A stretch of DNA of 64,000 nt from Nitrospirota bacterium (GCA_049325335.1 JBMOMC010000038.1:8941-72940), one strand, 5' to 3'; numbered from the stretch's first letter, positions 1-9,841 are shown. A program made the numbers and translations. Notes: generated from the letters alone by a model not told the origin.

Positions 1-214
1 TCCAGTCGTCGGATTGATCCGCCGCGATCTGCCGGGCACCGAAGAAGATCGTGACCAGGGCCGCGCCGTACCCGATGAACTGCACGAGATTCGACGCCCG
101 GAATTTCCCGATCGTGGCTTCCCGAAAGAGGGGGATCTGTCCGAGAATCGCGGCGAACACGGCCGCCAACGCGACGGCCACGCCGTATTGCATTATCCAT
201 CTCTTGGTGTGCAT
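1..214 (-). CDS. Membrane protein, truncated at the window edge
   Basis: Read by hand: ATG at 214 preceded by GAGGGA; MHTKRWIMQYGVAVALAAVFAAILGQIPLF... has two hydrophobic segments and stays open to the edge. Confidence 0.6.
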   Translation of the reverse strand, partial: MHTKRWIMQYGVAVALAAVFAAILGQIPLFREATIGKFRASNLVQFIGYGAALVTIFFGARQIAADQSDDW

Positions 215-435
215 GTTTGCTCCCTCGCGTGTGTCCCGCCCTCGATCGGACGGCGAACGGGTGCGCCGACTAACCAGAGGGAGAACGTTGGCAAGCATAG
301 CATACTGCGTCGGGGCTGTCGTTGTGAGTCGGGGCCTGAACGTGTGATACGGTTCAGTCGATACGTTCAAGGAGTCGATGATGGAACAGCCATGACGATC
401 GAGCCGATCGGGAAGCCCCCACCGAGTCGGCTCGT

Positions 436-669
436 TTATGCCGCTTTCTTGAGTCGTGGCCGGGGGTGCCCGTTGGGCGCGGCGTTGGCCCGGGGCGAAG
501 CGGGGGAACGTCCCCATGCGGCCTTGATCTCTTGTTCGGCCCGGAGCCAATCTTCGACGTGGTGTCCGTGGACCCGGCCGCGCTGCTCAAAGAGTTGGTA
601 GGCGCGTTCGGTGATCTTGACGTGGAGCGGGAAATCGTGGGGTGCTGACGCAGACTGTTGGCGGCTCAT
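436..669 (-). CDS. DUF2934-type small protein
   Basis: ITERAYQLFEQRGRVHGHHVEDWLRAEQEI motif; ATG at 669 with a GGAGG-like RBS. Confidence 0.8.
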   Translation of the reverse strand: MSRQQSASAPHDFPLHVKITERAYQLFEQRGRVHGHHVEDWLRAEQEIKAAWGRSPASPRANAAPNGHPRPRLKKAA

Positions 670-810
670 GCGAGCGATCCTCCCTGGTGAGTCGTGACAA
701 CCCTGCCGCCGCGTCGCGCGGCGGCGGACAACGGAAGGAAATGTACCACGCTTTGTCGGAAACGCCACCACGAACCCGCGGTCCCGATCGGCTCCGGAGG
801 GCGTGGGCGG

Positions 811-2496
811 TTACAGCGACCGGTTTTGCGCCAGCAACATCGTGGCATCCTCCGCCGGGAGCGGCGGACTGAAAAAGTACCCTTGGATCTCGTCGCATTT
901 GAGCGCCCGAAGGAATTCCAACTGCTCGGCGGTTTCCACGCCCTCCGCGACCGTTTTGAGGTTGAGGTGCTGGGCCATGGTGACGACCGCTCGGACGATC
1001 CCGGCGTCGTTGGAGTCCGTGGTGATGTGTTGGATAAACGACCGATCGATTTTGAGTTTGTGGATGGGAAAATGTTTCAGGTAGCTCAAGGACGAATAAC
1101 CGGTGCCGAAATCGTCGATCGAGATGCCGACGCCCATCGCGGCCAATGCGCGAAGCGGGACCAACGCCTTCTCCACGTTCTGCAACAGGCTCTCGGTCAG
1201 TTCCAGTTCCAGGCCGCTCGGATCCAGATCCGCCTGTTTGAGCGCGAGTTCCACGGTGTTGACGATGTCTTGTTGTTGGAATTGGCGCGCCGAGAGGTTG
1301 ACGGAGACGCGCAGATCCCGGTGTCCGGCGGCGCGCCACCGTTTGGTTTGCGCGCACACGTCGTGAAGAAACCGACGCCCCATTGGGATGATCAACCCGG
1401 TTTCCTCCGCCAACGGGATAAACTGCGAGGGGGACACCATGCCCAATTCCGGGTGTTTCCAGCGCATCAGCGCTTCCATGCCGATCACCCGCCGCGTCGA
1501 GAGGTCAACCAGCGGTTGATAGTAGGGCAGGAACTCCTCGCGTTCGAGTCCGTACCGTAACGATTGGTCCAAGGCCAGCCACTCGGAGATTTTGGCGTTC
1601 ATCTCCGCGAGGTAGAAGTTGTAGTGGTTTCGGCCCTGTTCCTTGGAGCGATACATCGCGATGTCGGTTTTTCTGAGCAGGGACTCCGCATCGGTCCCGT
1701 CGTCCGGACAAATGCTGATACCGATGCTCGCCGAGGTGAACAACTCGTGGGCGCCGACCCGAAACGGTTTGCCGAAGCGATCTACGACTTTCTGGGCGAG
1801 CACCGCGATATCGTTGGTCTGCGCCACGTCGGCCAAGATGATGGCGAACTCGTCTCCGCCCAGACGCGCCACGGTGTCCCCGTCGCGCACGCAGCTAAGT
1901 AACCGGGCCGCCACCTCCTGCAACAGGAGATCTCCCACGCTGTGTCCCAAGGTGTCGTTGATGCGCTTGAAGTGGTCGAGATCCAGAAACAAGACGGCGA
2001 CCAGACGCGTATGCCAGGGAATGCGCGAGGTCGCCTGGTTCAGGCGGTCGAAGAACAGGGCGCGGTTGGGCAGTCCCGTCAACTCGTCGTGAAAGGCTTT
2101 GAACTCGACCCGACTCAAATACCCACGGAGAATATCCGTCTGCGTGAGGATTCCCACCACCCGCTGCTCGTGGTCCGTGACCGCGATGCGTCGGATGCCG
2201 CGTGAGCCGAGGATCTTTCCCGCGTCGTCCAACGACGACCCGGCGTGCACCGTAATTAAGGGGCTGGACATGATGTCGGACGCCACGGCGGGGACGGCCT
2301 GCCCGGTCAAGGAACACCCCGTGATTTTGACGATGTCGCGTTCGCTGATCATGCCCACGGGCTTGCTGTCTCGGCATACCACGAGGCAGGAGATCTTGTG
2401 CGCGAGCATGGCGGAGACGGCGTCGGCCACCGCCGCATGATGGTCGATCGATCGGACATCCTTCGTCATAAAATCGCTGACGACGAGTCCATTCAT
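811..2496 (-). CDS. CBS-pair + GGDEF + EAL diguanylate cyclase/phosphodiesterase
   Basis: Two CBS repeats; RxxD-x5-GGDEF; EALMRW; DDFGTGYSS; AEGVET. Confidence 0.95.
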   Translation of the reverse strand: MNGLVVSDFMTKDVRSIDHHAAVADAVSAMLAHKISCLVVCRDSKPVGMISERDIVKITGCSLTGQAVPAVASDIMSSPLITVHAGSSLDDAGKILGSRGIRRIAVTDHEQRVVGILTQTDILRGYLSRVEFKAFHDELTGLPNRALFFDRLNQATSRIPWHTRLVAVLFLDLDHFKRINDTLGHSVGDLLLQEVAARLLSCVRDGDTVARLGGDEFAIILADVAQTNDIAVLAQKVVDRFGKPFRVGAHELFTSASIGISICPDDGTDAESLLRKTDIAMYRSKEQGRNHYNFYLAEMNAKISEWLALDQSLRYGLEREEFLPYYQPLVDLSTRRVIGMEALMRWKHPELGMVSPSQFIPLAEETGLIIPMGRRFLHDVCAQTKRWRAAGHRDLRVSVNLSARQFQQQDIVNTVELALKQADLDPSGLELELTESLLQNVEKALVPLRALAAMGVGISIDDFGTGYSSLSYLKHFPIHKLKIDRSFIQHITTDSNDAGIVRAVVTMAQHLNLKTVAEGVETAEQLEFLRALKCDEIQGYFFSPPLPAEDATMLLAQNRSL

Positions 2497-2704
2497 GGCA
2501 AGGCCTCCACGCCGGGCGTCCTCACTAGGTCATGCGGTGTTGTGGGCTCGACAGGCCCAATTTGCTTATCGGCCGGGCGGGACAAATTCTTTAGCGCTGG
2601 GCTTCGCTTGTGTTTTTCCCCGGAACTCGGTAGTCTGCACCGGTCTCAACCCTGGGCCGTTCCAACGGTCCAGCGGAATGCGCGCACAGACCAAGGAGGC
2701 GAGT

Positions 2705-3379
2705 ATGCAGACCTATCAACGCGCCGGTGAACCGGTGACCGCAACGGACGAGCCCAATGCCCGCGAAACGCTGCGTCGCGCGTTCGAGTCCACCTACCGG
2801 TGGTCCCCGGAGTTCAAGGGATTTCAGGCTCGGCTGTCGGTGTGGGAAGCGGGCAAACGATCGGAAGGGACCGTCCGCGTGGAATTGCCGGAAACCATTG
2901 CCGTCACGCTGTCGGACCCGGACGCGCAGAAATGGGCCGAGGGGCAGATCGGCATGATGGCCGTGCACCGCGGACACCGCGCATTCGACCAGGCCGACGG
3001 CCGCCATACGCTCACGCTCGGGGAGGACGACGGGCATCCGCTGGGACGGCTGCTGCTGATTCACGGCGACGGCATGAGCTCGCGGTACCGGGTGCTTGCC
3101 GATCAGATCCGCCAGATCAACCGGAGCATGGGGCCGGTGCGGTTCACCATCAACGTGGAAGACTCGGCGGCCACCTCAGACGGCCGGCGACTGACCACGC
3201 GCTACACCGTGTACTATTTCAACCCGCAGGACGGGTCGATCAAACAGGTGGACAGCATCACCGATATCCACGCGGTGGTGAACGGCGTGTATCTGCCCGG
3301 CACGCGGCGCGTCATCGGCGCGGAGAACGGTGCGGTGCGGGTGCGGGTGATGGAGTTCAGCGGGCATCAACTCATCTAA
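2705..3379 (+). CDS. DUF3386-like protein
   Basis: AGGAGG RBS before ATG 2705; RRAFESTYRW...AVHRGHRAF...QINR motifs. Confidence 0.7.
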   Translation: MQTYQRAGEPVTATDEPNARETLRRAFESTYRWSPEFKGFQARLSVWEAGKRSEGTVRVELPETIAVTLSDPDAQKWAEGQIGMMAVHRGHRAFDQADGRHTLTLGEDDGHPLGRLLLIHGDGMSSRYRVLADQIRQINRSMGPVRFTINVEDSAATSDGRRLTTRYTVYYFNPQDGSIKQVDSITDIHAVVNGVYLPGTRRVIGAENGAVRVRVMEFSGHQLI

Positions 3380-3396
3380 GGAGGCGCGGCGGAGCG

Positions 3397-3657
3397 ATGC
3401 GTTGTTCGAAGTGCCAGTGGACGGCCGTATCATTTGATTTGGAATCACGAACGTGGCGGTGCAAGCGCTGCCACGCCGAGGTGAAGGACTCGGGCGGGCC
3501 GGGGTTCACAAGCTCGGCGACGGCCGCTGCGCCCAAGAAACCGGCGGCCTCGCGTGCCGTGACCGTGGGCAAGGCCAAACCCGCGGCCAAGAAACAACCG
3601 GCTCGGGCCGCGGCGAGACTGGTAGCACGGAAGTCCTCGGCGCGGAAGAAACGATGA
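3397..3657 (+). CDS. Small zinc-ribbon protein with a Lys/Ala-rich tail
   Basis: CSKC...CKRC followed by AAPKKPAA/AAKK-rich tail; RBS present; stop overlaps the arsC start (ATGA). Confidence 0.7.
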   Translation: MRCSKCQWTAVSFDLESRTWRCKRCHAEVKDSGGPGFTSSATAAAPKKPAASRAVTVGKAKPAAKKQPARAAARLVARKSSARKKR

Positions 3658-4004
3658 GCGCGGTCACGATCTACCACAACCCGCGCTGCGGCACCTCGCG
3701 CAAAACGTTGGACCTGATCCGCGCCAAAGGGATCGAACCGACCATCATTGAGTACCTCAAGACGCCAGTGTCCGCGTCCGAACTCGATCGCATCCTCTCG
3801 CTGCTCAAGATGGAACCGCGGGACCTAATGCGGAAAAAAGAAGACGAGTACAAGACTCTCAAGTTGGACCGGTCGGACCTCACGCGGAAAGAGCTCATCA
3901 ACGCGATGGTTCAACATCCGATCTTAATCGAGCGGCCGATCGTTTTGTCCAAGGGCAAAGCCGCGCTGGGCCGTCCTCCGGAGAACGTGACCGCGATCCT
4001 TTAA
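3654..4004 (+). CDS. arsC: Arsenate reductase (glutaredoxin)/ArsC family
   Basis: IYHNPRCGTSRK, LIERPIV, GRPPE. Confidence 0.9.
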   Translation: MSAVTIYHNPRCGTSRKTLDLIRAKGIEPTIIEYLKTPVSASELDRILSLLKMEPRDLMRKKEDEYKTLKLDRSDLTRKELINAMVQHPILIERPIVLSKGKAALGRPPENVTAIL

Positions 4005-4064
4005 CAAAACCGGCGCAAGGACCGCGAGGATCCCTGCGCCGGTGGCGAAGATTGGTTCGAGTCC

Positions 4065-4562
4065 TTACCCGCCCATCTGCATGAACAGCCCGGTCCCGTG
4101 CGAGGATGAGGCCATGAAAAAGAGCATCGGGATGGACAGCATCACGTTCACGCGCGACGCGAGGAACGCCTTGCGCGCGGCCGCGGCCTTCTCTTCGGGC
4201 TTGGCCGGTTTTAAGCCCAACACCAACTTTTGATTCGGCCAGATGATGCCCCACACGTTGAAGAGCATGATCGTGCCGAGCCACGCGCCCATCCCGATGA
4301 TGGCATCCGGGCCTTGCAGCGTGAACGCGCTGACCAAACGAGGGCCCAGTAAGCCCGCGCCGAAAATCCATGTGGCCAACGCGGCCCACCGGAACCAAAA
4401 GAGGGCGCGCGGCACCAGATGTTTAAACGCCTCGGCTTTGGCTTCGGGCGAAACGGATTTCAGAAACGGCACCTGCACGGCGTTGAAGTAGTACAGCAAC
4501 CCGATCCAGGTAATACCCGCCAGGAAGTGGCCCCAACGAAAGATGATCGAGATTCCTTGCAT
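4065..4562 (-). CDS. Urate oxidase N-terminal (PuuD-like) membrane protein without a cytochrome c domain
   Basis: RWGHFLAGITWIGLLYYFN, FRWAALATW, MLFNVWGIIWPNQK, SRVN; GAGG RBS. Confidence 0.8.
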   Translation of the reverse strand: MQGISIIFRWGHFLAGITWIGLLYYFNAVQVPFLKSVSPEAKAEAFKHLVPRALFWFRWAALATWIFGAGLLGPRLVSAFTLQGPDAIIGMGAWLGTIMLFNVWGIIWPNQKLVLGLKPAKPEEKAAAARKAFLASRVNVMLSIPMLFFMASSSHGTGLFMQMGG

Positions 4563-4891
4563 GTCGGCGTCCTCCCTCAGACCAACGCGTTGACGAGAAG
4601 GTATAACACTAAGGTCAACGCAAAACCGAGGCCGATGGTGGTCGGCAGCGAATCGAGTGGATTCGTCATACGAACGTCCTCCTGTAGGTATCGGTATGAC
4701 GCGAAGGTCCGTCTCGCGTCCATCATAGATCAACCGCCGGTATCATAGTCAGGGGCATGCCGTAAGTCAACGGTCGGGTATGATCCTGGTGTCGAGCGGT
4801 CGGCGCCGGCCTGACTCTGTCAAGCAACGCAATGTGATATGCTACGCCCGCGAATGCCAGGCGCGGGCCGCACCCGCATTGCCACGGGATC

Positions 4892-5881
4892 ATGACCACA
4901 CCGCTGACTGAACACGACGCGTCCGTGCACGCCGACTCGCCCCCAATCGAAGCGGAACCCATCCGGCCGTCCGGTCTCGCGCAGCGCGTGGCGTGGGCGT
5001 TGCTGCGGGGCGTCCAATGTGGCGTCACGATGATCCCCCTGCGCGCGGCGTTGTGGATCGCGCGTCGGTTGGGCGACATCGCGTATTACGCGGTCTACCC
5101 GCGGACCGCGATTGCGTTGACGCAGATCGCGGACGCCATGCCGGATCTGTCGCGGTCGCGACAACGGGCGATCATTCGCGAGATGTACCGGCAGTTCGCG
5201 CAAGGCGTGGTGGAGTTCCTCCGACTGCCGCACACGGTGGCGACCGGCCGGCTCGATCAATTGGTCGCGGTGGACGGGGAAGACATGGTGCGCAAGGCGT
5301 ATGCGCAAGGCAAGGGCCTGCTCATTCTGACCGCACACTACGGCAATTTCGAATTGCTGTCCACGTTTTTTGCGGCCCATGGGTACCAGGTCAACCTGGT
5401 CACGCGCCGTCTGAAGAACGGCGCTCTCGATCGGTTCTGGGCCGAGCAACGCCGTCGGCTCAAGATTCGCGCGATCTTCAAAGAGCAGTCGCTCAAGGAA
5501 GTCATCGCCCGGTTGCGGCGCAACGAGGCCATGGGCTATGTCCTGGATCAGAACATGGGACTTGGCCAGGGCGTGTTCGTGGATTTCTTCGGCCGCCCCG
5601 CATGTACGCTCGGCGTGGTGGCGGTGCTGGCCAAACGGTTCGACAGCCCCGTGATCCCGGTGTTCATCGCGAGAGATCGACACGACCCCACGCGCCACCG
5701 CATCGTGTTCGAGCCGCCCGTGCCGTTCGAGAGCCGAGCCGGGGACAAATCGGACGCGGATATCGTGGACAACACCCAGCGCTACACCGCGATCATCGAA
5801 CGCCGCGTGCGTGACCGGCCGGACCACTGGATCTGGATCCATAAACGCTGGAAGACGAGGCCGCCGCAAAAAACGGGATAG
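4892..5881 (+). CDS. Lipid A biosynthesis acyltransferase (LpxL/HtrB family)
   Basis: TAHYGNFE, LDQN, VDFFGRPA, WIWIHKRWK. Confidence 0.9.
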   Translation: MTTPLTEHDASVHADSPPIEAEPIRPSGLAQRVAWALLRGVQCGVTMIPLRAALWIARRLGDIAYYAVYPRTAIALTQIADAMPDLSRSRQRAIIREMYRQFAQGVVEFLRLPHTVATGRLDQLVAVDGEDMVRKAYAQGKGLLILTAHYGNFELLSTFFAAHGYQVNLVTRRLKNGALDRFWAEQRRRLKIRAIFKEQSLKEVIARLRRNEAMGYVLDQNMGLGQGVFVDFFGRPACTLGVVAVLAKRFDSPVIPVFIARDRHDPTRHRIVFEPPVPFESRAGDKSDADIVDNTQRYTAIIERRVRDRPDHWIWIHKRWKTRPPQKTG

Positions 5882-5885
5882 GGGC

Positions 5886-5996
5886 ATGGCCGAAGCGTTG
5901 ATCCCCAAACACGGCGGGTACCGCAAACTTAAAAGCTTTCAGGTGGCGCAGCTCTCGTTATGATGTCCCGGTGCGGTTTCGTGAGCGCTACATTGC
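5886..5996 (+). pseudogene. 5' remnant of a four-helix-bundle (suffix domain) protein gene
   Basis: MAEALIPKHGGYRKLKSFQVAQL, then a frameshift to YDVPVRFRERYI, then similarity is lost. Confidence 0.7.
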
Positions 5997-6203
5997 CGTG
6001 GCGACGGCGCTTTTGGACCGCCAGATCGCGGCGCAAGCCAAGAGCTTTGAAACCCAAGGCGGGTTCACTGAACGGCTGTACCGGACGCGCTCTGCGAATA
6101 GAAGTTGGCGGTAGCAGTGCTCTCCGTCTTGCATTGCCCCGCGGTCTTATGGCACCATCCCGGTGTTCGGTACGGTCTGGCATGCATATAGAAGGAGCCC
6201 GTC

Positions 6204-6584
6204 GTGATTCAAGTTGCGCGTCGTTTCGTGGGAACGGTTCATTTTTTTCAAGGACCGTCCAAGAGTAATCCGGTCGCCTTGTACGCCCGCAAGCAGGGGG
6301 CGGATTTTGTGATCGCGGCGGTCATCGAGCCGTGGAACACGGTGTTGGGGGCCGGCCCGACCATCAATAAGGCGGCAGGCAATTTCGAGATCAATTGGAA
6401 GGCGCAGCCGATCCCCGCGGAGCAGTACTCGGGGCCGCATTGGGAAGAGGGGATCAAGGCCGAGAAACCCGCGCCGCCTCCCAAACCGGCGGCGCCGGCT
6501 CCGGCAGCGGGAACGGCCGCCGCGCCGGCTCAGTCAGCTCCGGCGCCGGCAGCACCGCCTGCCGCAGAATCGCCGGCGTCCTAG
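6204..6584 (+). CDS. Hypothetical protein with a Pro/Ala-rich C-terminal tail
   Basis: AAGGAG RBS, GTG start, host-like codon use. Confidence 0.7.
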   Translation: MIQVARRFVGTVHFFQGPSKSNPVALYARKQGADFVIAAVIEPWNTVLGAGPTINKAAGNFEINWKAQPIPAEQYSGPHWEEGIKAEKPAPPPKPAAPAPAAGTAAAPAQSAPAPAAPPAAESPAS

Positions 6585-6597
6585 CGCGATCGTGAGG

Positions 6598-6885
6598 TTA
6601 CCCGCGCCATTCGCTCGGCGAGTACGCGTGGACAGTGAGCGCATGAATCGCGCCTTGCATTTCTTCGTGCAGAACCTGATGCACCAGACGCCGGCGGTCC
6701 AGGGCATTGAGTCCCTCGAACTTGGACGACACCACGTCCACGGCGAAGTGTCCGCCGCCCATGCGCGCGCCCGCATGGCCCGCGTGTTTCCAGGATTCGT
6801 CTTCGACCGCCACGTGGACCGCGTCCAGGTCTTTGAGGAGTTTTTGTTCGATCATGGTTTTGGTGGCGTGAGATCGTGTCGTCAT
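6598..6885 (-). CDS. bolA: BolA family protein
   Basis: DESWKHAGH..GGGHF..VVSSKFEG..RRRLVHQVL..IHAL. Confidence 0.9.
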   Translation of the reverse strand: MTTRSHATKTMIEQKLLKDLDAVHVAVEDESWKHAGHAGARMGGGHFAVDVVSSKFEGLNALDRRRLVHQVLHEEMQGAIHALTVHAYSPSEWRG

Positions 6886-6963
6886 AGGGGCGGTTGATCG
6901 AGGAGAATGTTGGCCGCAGCGTACCGCGATTGGGGGGCGCGCTGCAAGTTCGCAAAGGAGGCG

Positions 6964-7125
6964 ATGATGCCGGCAGGTGAATCCGAATACAAAGGCAATC
7001 CCATGCTCGTGTTGACCCAGGGACCAGAAGACCGATTTCCGTTTCAGTTCGGCCTCAAAAAGGCCAAACTGATTTTGGAGCACCTGGATGACATCAAGGC
7101 TTTTGTCGCCAAGCACTCCAAGTAA
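6964..7125 (+). CDS. Small hypothetical protein (53 aa)
   Basis: AAGGAGG RBS; SEYKGNPMLVL..FPFQFGLKKAKLILEH. Confidence 0.75.
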   Translation: MMPAGESEYKGNPMLVLTQGPEDRFPFQFGLKKAKLILEHLDDIKAFVAKHSK

Positions 7126-7132
7126 GCCGCGC

Positions 7133-7768
7133 ATGAAACCGCATCGCGCGCCGCGCCTCTCGGTGCATCCCGACAATCCGCAGGGCCGTCACATCGCCCG
7201 TGCGGTCGAGGGGCTCAAGAACGGGGGGATCATCGTATACCCCACCGACACGGTCTACGGCCTGGGCTGCGACATCACCCAGCGGGACGCCATCGATCGG
7301 ATCATCAAGATCAAGGGCCGCGACCCGAAGAAGCCGATGTCGTTCGTGTGCGCCGACCTCACGCACATCAGCCAGTACGCGAGCGTGTCTGATTTCGCGT
7401 ACAAGATCCTCAAACGGCATCTGCCGGGACCCTACACGTTCGTGCTGCCGGCCAGCCGCGACACACCCAAGATCCTGCAATCCAAACAACGCACCGTGGG
7501 CATCCGCATTCCCGACCACCCGGTGCCGCTCGCGTTGGTCAAAGAACTCGGCGAACCCTTGCTCTCCACCAGCGCGAACCGGACCAGCGAGGAGACGGTG
7601 TCCGATCCGGACGATCTGGAAGATCAATTCGGACACGACGTGGATTACATCGTGGAATGCGGGCCGCTGCCGGTGATGCCGTCGAGCGTGATTTCGCTGG
7701 TGGATGATCGGGTGGAGATTCTTCGAGAGGGGGCGGGCGACGTCGAGCCCTTCCGCGCCCTGGCGTAG
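7133..7768 (+). CDS. L-threonylcarbamoyladenylate synthase (TsaC/YciO/Sua5 family)
   Basis: YPTDTVYGLGC, IKGR, LPGPYTF, STSAN. Confidence 0.92.
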   Translation: MKPHRAPRLSVHPDNPQGRHIARAVEGLKNGGIIVYPTDTVYGLGCDITQRDAIDRIIKIKGRDPKKPMSFVCADLTHISQYASVSDFAYKILKRHLPGPYTFVLPASRDTPKILQSKQRTVGIRIPDHPVPLALVKELGEPLLSTSANRTSEETVSDPDDLEDQFGHDVDYIVECGPLPVMPSSVISLVDDRVEILREGAGDVEPFRALA

Positions 7769-7769
7769 A

Positions 7770-7872
7770 GCCTGTCCATGAGCGGTCATCTACGGCGTTG
7801 TCACTTCGGCTTCGCGTCCTCACGTACGACTCAGTACGCTGCGGTGCGAACCCTCGTTCCGCCTTACGACCC
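7770..7872. repeat. Palindromic intergenic repeat (Nitrospira-type MITE/REP-like), degenerate copy
   Basis: Shares TCCTC(A/G)CGTACGACTCAGTACGCT (7817-7840) with 16415-16438. Confidence 0.7.
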
Positions 7873-7930
7873 ACCTTTAGAAATCACAATGTCGGAAGTC
7901 CCCGAAGGGGGCATCTGACGCGCTCCTGAA

Positions 7931-7967
7931 CTGGCTCCGCTCCGCGACTGATGCGGAGCGGAGCCAG
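7931..7967. terminator. Perfect 15-bp stem-loop between convergent tsaC-like and malQ
   Basis: CTGGCTCCGCTCCGC-GACTGAT-GCGGAGCGGAGCCAG; no U-tract, so the terminator role is uncertain. Confidence 0.5.
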
Positions 7968-7994
7968 ACCGCAAACTTTACAAGTGCATTTGCC

Positions 7995-8021
7995 GTCATT
8001 CCCACGGAGGTGGGAATCCAG
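7995..8021. repeat. GTCATTCCC-type REP palindrome
   Basis: GTCATTCCCACGGAGGTGGGAATCCAG; related copy at 23132. Confidence 0.7.
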
Positions 8022-8026
8022 GGGCC

Positions 8027-9634
8027 TTAGCTTACCCGCCCGTGCTTTTCTAATAAACTTCTTACCATCTTTCCTTTTTCTTCGTACGGCGGTCGCGACA
8101 GGTCTTCGATCGTGCAGGGGATGCGGTAGGTCCAGTTGTGTGGGCCGACCGTGGCGGGGACGTTGATTTGGTCGTCGTGGCCGAACACGTCTTGGAAGGG
8201 GAGGAGCACCAGGCCGGAGCCGGAGCTAAAGATACGGTCCAGGATCATTTGGTGCCAGTCGTCGGTGAAGGCGTGGGGCTGCATCGCGCCGGCGCGTTCC
8301 GCCTCGTCGGGATCGAACAACTCCAGGAATGCCTCGCGCTCCCAGTCCTCGGCGGTTTTCCACCAGACTGACAGGGTGGTGGTGTCGTGGGTGCCGGTGG
8401 TGGCCATCGACGCGAACGGGTAGTCCGATGGATCGCGGTACACGCCGTCGTCTCGCTCCCAGCGCAGGACTTTGTGGCCCGCGATGCCCATCCGTCCCAG
8501 CGTCGCGCGCACAAATGGCGGGATCAGGCCCAGGTCTTCCGCGATCGGTACGGACTTCCCGCGTTCTTCCGCGATCATGGTGAGGAAGACTTCGCCTCGT
8601 CGAATTTGTTCGGGTTCCTCGGTCGGTTCGAATCGCGATGTCTCGCCTTTGGCCATCATCCAGACGCGAAACAGTCCCACCACGTGGTCGATGCGCACGA
8701 GGTCGAACCACTCGCGGACGATCCGCATGCGCTGCCGCCACCACGGGAACTTTGCGGCCTCGACCACGGACCAGCGAAATAAGGGCAACCCCCAATCCTG
8801 TTCTGGGTAAGCGGGCTCCACGGGCGCGCCGATGCTGTGCGTGAGGTCGAAGTCGCCTTGGCGCGACCACACGTCCGCGCTGTCTCGGCTGACCAGAAAC
8901 GGCAGGTCGCCCGCGATCTTGATGCCCAGGCGCTCGGCTTCGCGTCGCACGGCTTGCCACTGCTCCCACAACGCCCACTGCTGGTACTGGATGTACAGCA
9001 GGTCCTTGAAGTGCTCCACGTCCACGCGGGCGAGCGCGTCGGACGCAGCCTGTTTCTGTCGGTCGGGCCACTCGGACCAGTCGCGGTGCTGGTGTAAGGT
9101 CTTGAGCACGCGGAATCTGGCGAAGGGAGTCAACCACTTGGAATTGGCTTCGCGAAAATCCCGGAACGCCTGGCCGCGGTCGCTGTACGGACCCCCGTGT
9201 TTGGTGAGAAAGTCGGCGAATGCGGCGCGCAGCACGCGGTCTTTGAACTCTCGCACCGCCCGAAACTGCACGCGATCCTCGCGGCGCCAGGCGGCCAAAT
9301 CACGCGTCGCGTGCTCGTCGGACAACAGCCCTTGGGCGGTTGGTGACTCCGCCGCGTCTTCCCACTGATCGAGCGCCAGGTAGATCGGGTCCGAGGCCAG
9401 GCCGCTCAACGCTTGATAGGGACACGTCTCGCCGGGCCCCATCTCGTTCATGGGGAGGAGTTGGACCACTCCGAACCCGCACTGCTTCATCCACACCATG
9501 AATGCGGGTAGGTCGCCGAAGTCGCCGATGCCCCCGTTGCGTTCGGATCGCAACGCGGACAGTGGGACCATGACGCCGGCCGTTTTTCGGGGCAGGAAGG
9601 GGAGCGGGAATTCGATGGGGCTCACGGCAGACAT
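8027..9634 (-). CDS. malQ: 4-alpha-glucanotransferase (GH77)
   Basis: GIGDFGD, VQLLP, GDLPF, RIDHVVG, IAEDLG, TGTHD, INVP..NWTYR. Confidence 0.95.
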   Translation of the reverse strand: MSAVSPIEFPLPFLPRKTAGVMVPLSALRSERNGGIGDFGDLPAFMVWMKQCGFGVVQLLPMNEMGPGETCPYQALSGLASDPIYLALDQWEDAAESPTAQGLLSDEHATRDLAAWRREDRVQFRAVREFKDRVLRAAFADFLTKHGGPYSDRGQAFRDFREANSKWLTPFARFRVLKTLHQHRDWSEWPDRQKQAASDALARVDVEHFKDLLYIQYQQWALWEQWQAVRREAERLGIKIAGDLPFLVSRDSADVWSRQGDFDLTHSIGAPVEPAYPEQDWGLPLFRWSVVEAAKFPWWRQRMRIVREWFDLVRIDHVVGLFRVWMMAKGETSRFEPTEEPEQIRRGEVFLTMIAEERGKSVPIAEDLGLIPPFVRATLGRMGIAGHKVLRWERDDGVYRDPSDYPFASMATTGTHDTTTLSVWWKTAEDWEREAFLELFDPDEAERAGAMQPHAFTDDWHQMILDRIFSSGSGLVLLPFQDVFGHDDQINVPATVGPHNWTYRIPCTIEDLSRPPYEEKGKMVRSLLEKHGRVS

Positions 9635-9717
9635 CCTCCGAGGGGCGAATGTTTGTAACAGGAACCGATCTGCGCTGCAAGTCGAGTCTCCGTGCAGGGT
9701 ACGGTCGTGGACTACAG

Positions 9718-9746
9718 TTCCCTCCCCCCTTGCGGGGGAGGGGTAG
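9718..9746. repeat. CCCTCCCCC/GGGGGAGGG REP-like hairpin
   Basis: TTCCCTCCCCCCTTGCGGGGGAGGGGTAG in the divergent malQ-arc spacer. Confidence 0.55.
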
Positions 9747-9772
9747 CCGTGTGCGATGCGCTCACCCGTTGA

Positions 9773-9802
9773 TTGAATAACCGCGCGTCACGTTGGTATG
9801 AT
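9773..9802 (+). promoter_or_regulatory. Putative sigma70 promoter of the proteasome operon
   Basis: TTGAAT-N18-TATGAT with an extended -10 TG. Confidence 0.5.
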
Positions 9803-9841
9803 GGGTTTCGCGTCGTGCCCGCGTGAACTGAGAGAGTGCAG

